This document shows, one piece after another, positions 11,898-23,700 of a DNA stretch of 64,000 nucleotides; positions within the stretch are counted from its first letter, which is position 1; every line of letters starts with the position of its first letter. Below the pieces are notes generated by a model. That model searched no databases. It was given only the letters and a program-made list of their open reading frames with translations, and was not told the origin of the DNA. Made by a program: the position numbers and the translations under genes. Source of the DNA: Phoronis australis (taxonomy: Eukaryota; Animalia; Phoronida); assembly GCA_002633005.1 (NCBI GenBank), contig NMRA01000053.1, forward strand, positions 1,064,240 through 1,128,239, given 5' to 3'.

Positions 11898-14800
11898 TCA
11901 GACTGGCACCCCATCTCTCAGTACAGATGTCATCAACACCTTGTCTTGTAAGGCGTATTCAACTTCCTGTTCGTCAAGTTTCATGCTCACCTGAGGACAA
12001 AATAATGCACCAAATGATAAATCAATAAGACAAGATATTGATTTCAATAAAAAAAATCTAACAGTCAGTTTGTGTAAGACCTCATTGACAAATCGGCATA
12101 TTTAGCAAAATCTCTACAAATCTATAGATTATAACTCAATAAAATAATTAAATGTATTTTCAGAAAGCAGAGTGCTTGCAGAATTTGACTTATGACTTTT
12201 TACCAATCTGCCATTATTCGTGTCACATGGACGTGTATTTTTATCAAAAAGAAACGTACATAATAGCGAAACAATGGTATCAGTAACATAACAAATTAAA
12301 ATTTTATTTGACATAAATATTCAAAATGAGATCTCAAAAATGTTGTTATCGTTTTCTAAAATATCACTGTTTTCATGGTATGCAACATAAGGGGTTTTTT
12401 GATGAAAATCACAAAACTACTATATTTGATAAACCCTTATGCAGAAGCGGAAAATTTTAAAACAATCCCTAAAAGTGTATTGAAGAACACTGCATAAGGA
12501 ATGCTATCTGAATGTTTTAAATGAACACAATCACCCATATGTGAAATATGATGTTCCGAAGTTAGCCAGGTTCTACATAACCTCAAGAATCTCATCAGCA
12601 CCAAATAAATATAAATGAAATGTAACCCAGGTGCAGCTTGTCATGCCTGGGAAGGAACTTTTAGTGACAGAAAAAATTCATTTTGATCTTCAACTCACCT
12701 TAGCTAACCTCTGCTCTTTAGCCCTCTTCACCAGCAGTATACCCCTAGTGTCCAGCAGTGACAACATACTGACAAACTCAGACTGTTCTGTCACCGCCAT
12801 GTTACGCTTTTTGCATATCTTCAAGAAAGTCTCGTGCAACTGGAAGAAAGATCCATGGTTCTAAGCACACTTCAAGCAGATTGTGCAGAATCTCACAGAC
12901 AAGTCATTGGGCTAACATGTTTGTATGTCGTATTCGTGTCCAACAATTACAGGTTTTACATCTTCTTTCACTACAATAATTCTGTTCTTACTTACCGCAC
13001 AGTAGGTCTGACAAGTGAAATTCTATTTTAACTTTTCCATAAAAGTAAAGACTAAGAACATTTTAGTTTATACAAGTACAGTTTGCTATGTGCAGAGGTT
13101 ACAAAACAACATTTAAGTTATTTGTTAAGGTTCTCATTGTTTGCGAAGAGGTAGTCAGGCATTGAAAATTGGACACTCTCGTAAATAATTACTTTTGTGC
13201 GTAATAAATGGATAATTCCAGTAATTTTCCTGAACTCGGAGCCATGTACGCCAGGATCAATCAGCCCATTGTATCTAAGCCACTTCACCTGACAAAGCTA
13301 ATTAAGCTTGAAAGCTACTGAACTGCTATAAAAAAGTTTGAAGATTGACTCAGTTCAAGTAATCATCTTAAATATACTCAAACAAGCAAAATATAACTGA
13401 TTATAAAACTGAAAGCCAGGCCACTAACCTTTCCGACAGTGATTTCCTTTGTTTTGCCCTGCTTCAACAACACAAGAAGACTGCAGACTACTAACTTCTG
13501 TTGCAGAGGAATTGTCTGCTGCTGATTGGTTGTCGATGTGACCTTTGACCCATAGACCTCACTAACAACTTTAGCAATATGGCTGATTCCCACTCGAGTG
13601 GGAATGTTGGTTTTCCTCGGGCTGTTTGTGACTGTAAAGTGAAATGTATTAAATTGAAAGAAAAGTTCCAAACATGTCCTGTTGTCGAGGTTCACCACAC
13701 TAAAACAACACATAATCCAGAGTGTGTCTCAAAAGCAATGGGAAATAGTTTTAGCATCACCTACAGTTAAGACTGCATGGTGGACAAATGAGAAGAAGCA
13801 CAATTCTTTAACAGGGTTTTTAAAATACTGTTTAGTCACTATCGCATTAAACTGAGTATAATAGGATGTGCATATGACATCAGCTAAAACCCAATGTTGT
13901 CAAATATCAGCATATTAATGAAAATAATTGTGCACTCTTCCATTCAACACTGTTCTGCTCAACATATTATGAGAGGTTATCAAGGAAACACTCGGATGAG
14001 GTTGAATAGAATTCAAGTCATGCTTATGGCCTACAGACTCAGATGGATATTAGGCAACAAGGAGGACTTAGATATCTTCTTCCACAGATGAGTCTGACAC
14101 CTTTGCACTATTAAACACACAGACCCCTTCTACATAAACACAGGTGATGTTATGCTTACCACATAACTATAAACACTAATATATAGCTCAAAAGTTAGCT
14201 GCAATAGTAACAATCGACTTTATAAACAAAGCTACAAGCAATAGGAAGACCTGACTTGTGAGGCTAACAAACTAGGAACACCAGTAATTTAATGTGGTTA
14301 CCTACCACAAGAAAAATCACCTACCTGAGGGTTTCAACACCTGCTGAGAGCGTACTTCCAATTCAATCTTCTCTACAGCCCTGCGACAGATGTCCAGTGC
14401 CTTCCTCATATCACCTGCCACAGCAGACACCTTTCTGGCACAAAACTGAAGTGCATGTGGTTCCATGACACAGTTCCCTCCAGACAGTGACTACAATACA
14501 AACGGCAATTAGTAATAGGATTAAATAGGATAACCTCATTAGTGCTGAGCACTACTCTCCGTGAGGACCTTCCAACACATTCACACTTAGGTATCACAAG
14601 TGCGAGACCACAGTTCAAACAACGGAACTTCACTGCTCTCTTTAAGTCTTTTAGAAGTCTTTTAGAATTCACTAAAATAATTATTGGGGGGGGGGGCAGC
14701 GGGCGACAGCAATGAAGTTTCCATGGCTTGTGGGAAACAAGCAGGACTTGGAAGACCAATGACAGAAAAGAGGAAAATTTTACAGGTGATGCATCATTCC

Positions 14801-17800
14801 CCAAATAAATAAGCTTGTGTGATAGTAATATTTTTGTGTTGAAAAATTTAACTGACATAAATGTTTTGCGTGATAAAAAGAGATGAAAAAAGAGGAAACT
14901 GGAAATCAAATAACAGGAAATAGAAACCAAGAGGAAATCTTCTTAAAAGTAGAAAATTCAAAGACCTCAATCTGATCTCATTTATGAAGCGTACATTACT
15001 TGAAATATGAAACAACTTGATAACTAAAATCACTTTATTACTAAAAACACAATTTTTTTAAAGAAAAAATGACACATTTTTTGCAACTTGCTGAAATTGT
15101 TTCACAAACTCAAATTAACTTAAGAGCACACAATTTCCAAGATTCAAAACAGACACCACCGACTACAATTATTCAATGTTTCAGAATGAATGTTCATGGC
15201 TGGCCCCATTACATAGTATGAGCAATACAGCATTACCTATCGGCGGCCTGGTATTGTTTGAGGACCTAGCTTTCAGGCATGTCTTGGACCCTTCATCAGG
15301 GTACTGGAGGTAATCTTCGTGTCACTTGGCCACTTGTGAGTGGTACTTATCACCAGTGGTGTTTGACAACTGCCAAGTACCACTCACAAGTGGCCACGCG
15401 ACACAAAGATTACCGCCAGTACCCTGACGAAGGGCCCAAGACGGACCCAAAAGCTAGGTCCTTAAACACAAAGGGTGCTGATAGGTAACACTTTTCCTAT
15501 GTTTTTTGTTATTTTTATTACCAATCCATTTCCACAAAAAATGAATTTGGAATAGGTATAACGAAAGATTTGAACAGTAGCTGCTACAAAAACAATTTCT
15601 GCTGCTAATTTAAAATGAACAACTGTACAATGCTAGCTGTCACTGACCTCTTTAAGACGATCCTCGAGGATTGTAACAATTTGATTCTTTGAGTACGGAG
15701 GAAAATTGACCAACTTTGGCTTACACTTTGGTCTTGCTTGAAGCCGAGGTAATATACGATCTGTCAAGTCTAAAGCATTGGCGATTCCTGAAAATAATGC
15801 GATGCATTCAAAAGACAAGTCAGCAGAAAAAGTAGAGATATTGATCGAATTCAGAGATGAACCAGTTAAGCACACTAGAACATTTCACTACTCACCACCA
15901 TTGTTGGTATTGTGGGCCAAGAATTGCAATATTACGGAGTTTTACAGTATGAATTTTTCATAGCTCAGTCATTTGGTAACCAACACACATTGATAAAGAC
16001 ACTTCTTAATAGTGCACACAGATACATAAGGTATCTTTACAGGGTGTCTAAATTTACAACAATGCATCACTTGACTTATTTGGTTTTGAGAGTTTTACAA
16101 AACTCTTGGTTTTTATAGAAGAAGATTGCCATGTAGATAAGGAATTATCATTTTCATGAAATATGAGAAACTACACAGTGGCAACATTGTGTAACACCAT
16201 TCCTACAGGCTAGCTAGACGCAAACATTAGATGAAGCCTTGCCAAGAGCCTGCGGAAGACACCACCTACCAATAAGCACCAGTCTTGCATCAGGTAGTGT
16301 CGGCCACTCAAACATTGTGTACAGAACATCCTGGTTTTTACTGTCCAGATGGTCGATTTCATCAAGCACCAATAAACTGAAATAAAACAATCATGAGTTT
16401 ACAGTGATAGTGCGCCACCAGTGAAAACTAATAAAACAACTTTCTCTTGCCTTATTTCATGACTAGATTTCTTTTGTAAATATCCCAAAATTAAATAACA
16501 TTTGTGTGAAATGGGATGTCCCAAGGTAATAATCACATAACTTAAAGGTGCTGCCTCTTTTCACTTCATTTTAGTTAAAGAATTCATAAAACGGATTTAG
16601 TAATCAGTTGTCCAACCATTTGCAATAGCAAAGTGATTTTAATGAACTTCTTAGTTTTATTTTTGGTGTTGCACTACCACCCTAAGATTGACGCCGCTGT
16701 GACAGATGACTCATGTGTTATGGGTACTCATTCAACTGCCCCCCATAGCTTCCCTGGAAAGCAGGCACATTTTAAAAAAGAAGTAGCAAAACTTACGGTA
16801 AAATAAGCAAACACAAACAGGATTAAAAGTTACATAATGTTTATATTTTAGTGATAACTTTTGACTGACGAAACTCATCACATGTAAAGGGTATCTTTAA
16901 AGACCCTAAATAAAATTACAAAAAAGCTCCTTTTACACTGTAGATGGGTATAAGTTAGCCGTTCAGCACACGGAATTGACTTTTCATCAGCTACAGGCAG
17001 GACAACACAAGGTTCATGTGACCAGCCAAATATAATGAAAGACTTTAATGAAGAAACAGTCCTCTGTTATATGAACTGAGTGAGAACCGCATGCTGTTCA
17101 CCAGCACAATGTCTCACATGATAACCCCAACATACTCATTTTCCAAGATTGCTATTTCACTAACGCCACCTTCAGGCTGACAAATTTAAACCCATCATAC
17201 TCACATCATTTTACCTTTAGCCGTCATGGTCTTCTCCAGCTGCCTCTGAGCATCTTTAGCAGACTTAGCTTTTACTGAGGTATCATTCAGCTGACTGAGT
17301 ATTGCATTGAATATACCTTGGGAAGAGCACATCATCATGCAGTTGATGAAGATAGGATTCAGACATTTGTCCTGAAACAGTGACACAGGGTGTAATAAAC
17401 CTATGGTAAAATACCATCAGTTTTGGACAAAAATAATGCCTAATTTGTTCCCTTTTCTACGTTTCCAAGATGTTGCATTGTTGCCATCAGACTTGGGCCC
17501 AACTGAATTACCTGTGAAAGCCAGTGAGGCATTTCAAGCACGCAGAAAAAGAACTGTGAAAAATTAATGCGAGCAAGTATTTATTATATCTTGAACAGTG
17601 ACGCCCAGGCACATGCCAGAACCAATTATATTATTTTGTTTGGCCTTGAGATAAGACACCAAATTTTACACTCACCCTGTATGTTTTGAGCAAGTGCGAC
17701 AGCACCGCCGTCTTGCCTGTCCCTGGAGCTCCAGAGATGTACATGCTGGCGGGAGTATTGCTAGTTAGATGTGTACTGAGGAATCCGTCTATCTCCTTCA

Positions 17801-19830
17801 TTTCTTTTTCCCGACACAGCAGCCGGTCAGGCTGTGCTGTGTGTAGCGCCTGTTTAGTCCTGGTATATGACGTGACTGTAATGCATACATTAAGCGTATC
17901 TGTATCGCAGGCTAATCTAGGATATCATGGTGGGACCCAAAATAATGTCAAAAGGGCAGATATTCCTGACAACCCTAAAACAGGCCGTGGCCGGAGGGGG
18001 CCTATGCCCTCTGAAACCACCTAATATGATACACCGAACATAAAATATTTATCCTATAAGCATCAAGTTAAATTCTACTCAAACACATTGGATTGCATTT
18101 ATATAACATTTCACAAGACACCATTGCATTAATTTGCATACTAATGATTAGTTGGAAGACATTATTAAGAGTCTCTGATATTTACATGAATGAGCATTCC
18201 AAGCTGGGAACTTAAATAGCTTCCATTTTGCAGCAAAGCTACAGTATAACCAAAGCAAAAATTAAAAGTTCACAAAAGCCACCATAGGCATTAAATGACT
18301 TCCTCAAAAGAACAAAAAAAATCAATCCAGACGTGTGCTGGTAAGCTAAATGAACACCTGTTAAAATCTTACCACTCTGACGAAACAGTTGGAGTTTTGG
18401 AGAGCGGATTGGGGTCTTCACTGCTTCAATGACTGGATTTTTCACTGGTGTTGGACAATTTTCTTTTTTCCTTTGCTTGCTAGGTGAGCAAGGACACTGT
18501 GGGGACTTATCCATGTCTTCAACAAAATGCAATTACAACAATGAAGAAACACAGTCAACCAACATCTTCCAAAGGAATGAAGGCAATACTCACAGGGATC
18601 CCTGAATTGTGAGAACCAGTTCGATGGCTGTTATTCATTGAATTAAACTGTTTTCAAAATGCAGGACCCCTGTGATTGACTATTACAGGAAGGCAGTGTT
18701 TTGGCTATGTATATAGATGTATATACAGTGCATTTTAATAAAAGTACTCACAATCAGTTGAAGACATGCGATTGCAACGTTGTTTATGTTAAAGCTCTCC
18801 TATCCAAATTAAGTAAATTTGATCACAGTCCTATATTCACATCCTCCAATAACGTTAAAGAATTGAGCATCAGTTTCAGAAACCACGACCAATAGTCTTT
18901 GTGCACCACGCATGCATCTGCACTATTGACTTACAAGAGTCCCAGAATTTGAGAATCAGTTTGCGGTCAGTTATTCAGTGGAGCAAATGGGTTCAACTGA
19001 CCCATGCAACCATTGAGAGGTCACTTATGTGATCCAACGATGACTTTTTACATCAGGTTTCATTATGGTAAACATAAACACCACCGGCCAATGACAGTTA
19101 ATGTGTTTGTTCAATAAAAGCAACGGTGTAGGAAAATACTCAGAAAAAATGCTTGCTGAGCTTCAGTATGTCACTTCAATAAGGAAAAGAGAACCAAAAA
19201 TTAAAGCGGCGATGTGTCCCTAAAGTCTTTGTATTTTAATCAAGATAACACCGAAAATGTTGGCTTTTCCCTTCCATTAAGCCTACTTAGACTAGTATGT
19301 TGTCACCAAGATCACAAAAACTATCCGGTATATAATAAAGAAATAGCTAAACTTCATGAAATGAAATTACACTAACAGCAAATAAGGATCATTTTACTTT
19401 TCTATGTTCTCAGAATGTCCATACCTCCAAATTTCACCAGTCTTTTCCGAGGTGATAAACTGACAGCATCGTCTACCTTTGCTGGAGATAGTGATCCATT
19501 TCCACTGTAAGTCATTAACTTTTTAGGAGTTGCAGTTAAAGAATTTGAAGCTTTTAAATTTTGCTTCAAAGCTTCATCTGTTGCTATGCTGTGTTTACAA
19601 ACAGTATGAACAGAATCAGACTTTTCAGCAGAAGCACAGGCATGTGAAGCCGTCTTTATAGGTGATACTAATATATCAACCTTGGCTGGTTTTCGAGCAG
19701 TTCTAGCTGAAGTGTGACATGATTCCACAAGGATCTCTGACTTGTCCCCCATCTGGTCATTTTTCTTTAGTCTTGCACTTGAGCGAGTGACTTTTTTCAC
19801 TTGGAATTCCAACCTTCTTTGAACAGACAT
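11898..19830 (-). CDS. CDC6: cell division control protein 6 (replication licensing AAA+ ATPase), about 588 aa
   Basis: Exons 19830-19425, 18516-18373, 17875-17676, 17371-17205, 16376-16270, 15787-15648, 14490-14325, 13631-13429, 12839-12699, 11990-11898; all GT-AG with consistent phases. Walker [12 protein letters not shown], Walker [38 protein letters not shown], and winged-helix LPLQQK-like [12 protein letters not shown]. Confidence 0.96.
15233..15488. mobile_element. fold-back element made of inverted Penelope-like terminal repeats
   Basis: Inverted arms of about 115 bp. Each arm has a CTGA(C/T)GA-stem-(G/A)AAAGC motif like Penelope pLTR hammerhead cores (15424-15454 on +, 15299-15269 on -). 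Confidence 0.5.
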
Positions 19831-20210
19831 CTGAAAGTGTTGAAATACCAGTGTTATGGTAGCCATGCTAGGCAATATAAGATTAATTTTAACATAAAAA
19901 TCCTTGTGCAAAATAGCATTCACGACATCCATTTTCAGTAGCAATGTAGCAAAGATGTATACTTAGTTAAAAGCTTTGCACCGATGTGGGTAAAAATAAA
20001 ACGTGTTTCTGTCATCTGCTCGCTGACCGGTATGGATTAAAGTTTCACGACGAGGCGACGAGCAGAACTACCATGGGTTGTATGAAATTTCGGGGTCTAG
20101 TAACGGAGCTCAAAAAACAGTGGTACTTGATACAGCTATCCAGCTGAGCTAGCTGGCTGGATAACACTAACAGCTGACTGGCTTGGCGAGGCTAGACATT
20201 TGTCGCTTAC

Positions 20211-20706
20211 CGATCGTTCAATTTTCGGATCATTTACAGAACTAAGTTAGCAACATGACAATTTCAACAACAAAAGTTTTTTACCTTATCTTGCCCGACA
20301 AACGTAAATCGTAAAATATTTTCAGCTGCCACTGACTGACCAAAAAGACTGCGTACAAAACAAGTTTTCGCGCGAACTTCTGATACCGCTTATTGTTGAT
20401 TGGCTGGGAGTGTTTAAAGGGCGCGAACTGGGTCAAACACTTAGTTTCGGTACAATATCAGAACTTCATTTTAATCATTAAATGTAAAAGATATATATAT
20501 ATATATATATATATATTGCATTTTTGTAAAAATAAAGGTATTAGATAAGTATACCTTTATACTGTAAAAAGCTTAAAATCGAAATCAAGTTTCAACTAAG
20601 GCTTGCAGGGAGTGAGGCTAGTAGTTCTCGACGCTTAACGTGCACATGCGAGAAGTTGCTGTCTGTGTGTCGCTCGATTGATGAACAGAGGATTTGTACT
20701 TGTGAA
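20211..20706. promoter_or_regulatory. CpG-rich bidirectional promoter between CDC6 and CWC22
   Basis: E2F-type sites TTTCGCGC (20366-20373) and GGGCGCGAA (20419-20427), and a CCAAT box on the minus strand (20399-20403). Candidate CDC6 non-coding exon donors lie after 20285 and 20211 (minus). The CWC22 ATG is at 20707. Confidence 0.7.
20491..20516. repeat. (AT)13 microsatellite
   Basis: Perfect dinucleotide run. Confidence 0.95.
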
Positions 20707-23700
20707 ATGTCGAGAAGGTAACTTATTTCATTTACAAATAAGTCATAAGTGGAATAAAAATATATAGCCTACTTTTGTGATAGGTAAATATAGTACTAGT
20801 GTATTGGGGACGATCAGAAGCTGAGGACCCCTGTGAACTGAACTGGCTCAGTTCCACTGATACTGGCAGTGGAAACGGTGGCCATCTCGGGGCGCACTGC
20901 CATACTCTGGAAGCTTTTCTGGGAATCATGATTCACACTTGTTGTAATAGTCAACATCATTCGGCCTTGATCTTTCTGTGGTGTCTTGTGATTTGTCAGT
21001 TTTATGGTTCCCGGATGTTTCTTATATTTATACTGTTGCCATTGTTGGCGGGAGGCTGCTGGCAGTCTTTCAGCAGACAACCAGGCCGTCAAGGACGAGG
21101 ACCTTGATTGGGTTCTATTGAAGCTTGAGTAGCTGTGTTTTAAGTGGTGAATACTTCTAGAAACCTAGCTAGTGAACTTGCAGTAATACAACACACTCAT
21201 TACACTGTTGTAGACATGTGTTGTATTAGTACAAGTAAACTGGGGTTCTAGAAGTACTCACTAGTTATTCAAACACAGCTGCTCAAGCTTGAATAGAACC
21301 CAATCAAGATGCTCATCCCTAACATGACGGCCTAACTGCACACTGAAAGGCTGCCAGCAACCTCCCACCAGCAGTATAAATAAAACAAACATCCGGGGAA
21401 AGATAAAACTGACAAATTACAAGACACCACAGAAAGATCAAGGATCAACGATGTTGATGATTACAACACATGCTTGCGGTGAGCCTCTGTTAGGAGCTCT
21501 CTAACCGGTTATTGCCTATTAGCTGAATGTTTAGCACACTTGTCAGTTTTATCGGGGACACTAGTTCGATTCCAGGATTGGGTAATCTCGGCTACATTAC
21601 TGCAATTGGCGTAGTTGGCAAATGTATGATCTTCCTGTGGACCACGGACAGCTTGCATGGTATGGTGATGGTGAAAGTTCCAAGAGTCGAGAAGTGCATG
21701 AGAGACATTTTTGGGTTCACCTGTGTTGTAGTGGTAGAGGTGCCCCTAGAGAAATTGATGACCTGTAAGTGAGGCAATCTGGTGTTGACCTTCCATCTGA
21801 CACGCCTATTCTCTTGGACTGGGGAATGTGTAGATGTGTTTCCAGTAAATCATACGAGTCTCTGTTATCTGCTTGTTAATGGGCAGTTGCCTATTAGCTG
21901 AATGGCTGGCACGCTTGCCGTTTTTTTTTCGGCTTGCCAGTGCAATTCCTGGGTCAGGTATTCTCAGCAATTACTACAAGACCATCAAAGATCAAAGTCA
22001 GGTTTCTGTGTGTAACTTTGCACATAGAGTGACCTTCCCAGCTTGAACAAATACAGATGTTTTTAAATATTTTGTTGTTGATGATACCCCATAAGCCCTC
22101 TCGCCACATGGCAACTACCATTAATATTGCCTAGGTTACAACCACTATGATTCAGAAAAGATTTCGACAAGTAGCGTGCCGTTTTAAGGTAAATTACCTT
22201 TTAACTGATATCGCGAGATGGTATGAGTGTAAGTGATGAACCCGGTGTTGTTTTTGTGGTTACTAGTAGGTTTGAGTTTGACTTTGTTGTCTGTAGTCGG
22301 GCACTTGTTTGTCTTGTTTCAGGCGTGAACATTCATACGAGAGTGAGAGCGACGAGAGCAGTAGCAGCAGTGATGGACGTCGTTACAGCAGGTTGAAAAG
22401 TACCGTCAGTAAACCACCTGTGGATCAGAAGGGAAAACACTCAGACTCTGAGGAAGAGGGGTACGTGTAGTTAATTTGGCTTTGTCATTGGTTTACCAAG
22501 TACTGTTTCCACGTGTGAGAACAGTGAATGAATACTCAAAGTAGCGGAAGTTGGTAGGAACTCCGCATATCATGAGTAGTTTCACAGATTTATTGCCTTG
22601 TGTGATATTGCCAAACATTTAATTAAAGGCTTAAACTGTTGAGAGTGATTTTTCAATCTAACCATGCATTTCCATGCTTTGATTCTGTTGTGGTTGTTTC
22701 CTTGTTGTGCCTGTGGACGACAGGCCACCCCCTTGTCCTAGGTTTGTGTTTCTTGAGGCCTATATTGTTGTTCTTTTTGCTGCAGGTTGTATACTGGATC
22801 TGATTCAGACAATGATGACAATACTAACAAAGGCAACAAAGAATCACCCACGAATCATTCCAGCAAGGAGAAATCATCAGAATCGGGCGATGGTACGTCT
22901 GCGGATGCCCGCCGACCCAAGCCTGCTGGAGAGCGAAAACAACCCGAGGACTCGGATGAACCTCGCGACGAGTTCAAAGAGCAGCTGGAAGATTATAAAG
23001 AGCGCAGGGATAGGGTGAGAAGAGGTGAAAGGTCGCGAAGGGGTGAAGGGTCGAGGCGAGGTGAAAGGTCAAGTAAGGGGAGAAGAGATGAAAGGTGGAG
23101 TGATGATAGAGATAGGCGACAAAACCGAATGGAAGGCAATGAAGAGCGAGATAGGTGGGATAGGTACAGGGATGTGCGCCGTCCTCGATATGATCGTGAC
23201 AGAGACAGTAACCGAGGCCGGACAGATAGAAGTGGTGAAGGTGATCGGTCGAGAATTACAGAGAATGGTGAAGAAAAACATGACAAGGAAGAGAGTGAAA
23301 AATCATTGAAACGAAGGAGAGATGATGATGACAGTAATAAGTAAGTACTTAATCTATTTGGATATTTGGTAGGATGTAAAGTGTTTGGATAATGCCGTTT
23401 TACTTGGTGCCATGCTCTCGTTTTGTTTTTGAGTGACCTGCGTAATAGTTGTACAAGTCAAGTTTTGAGAATGAATTACCTGCATATCTGTTGCATTAGA
23501 AGCATTGCGTCTTAAATGTTTATGCGCTTTCACTGTTTCATTTGACTTTGTCTAAACGTGAATGTTGACTTTGGTTTCTAATTATCATGGAGGGCCCTTG
23601 ATGTCTTGATTTTTGGGTCATATATTGACCTCATTCCTCTCTGAAAAATGTTTGAAAATCATGCGAAATTCCCCTTGTCAGGCATCAAAATTCCCCTCGA

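Noticed and set aside
10830-14960. Shared about 80-bp purine-rich block at 10835-10915 and 14880-14960 (likewise the block shared by about 55400, 57400 and 61950)
   Set aside because: Looks like ordinary dispersed-repeat fragments; ends could not be defined.
22707-23309. Overlapping ORFs in other frames and on the minus strand over CWC22 exon 3 (also over 41004-41593)
   Set aside because: Shadow ORFs of low-complexity purine-rich coding sequence.
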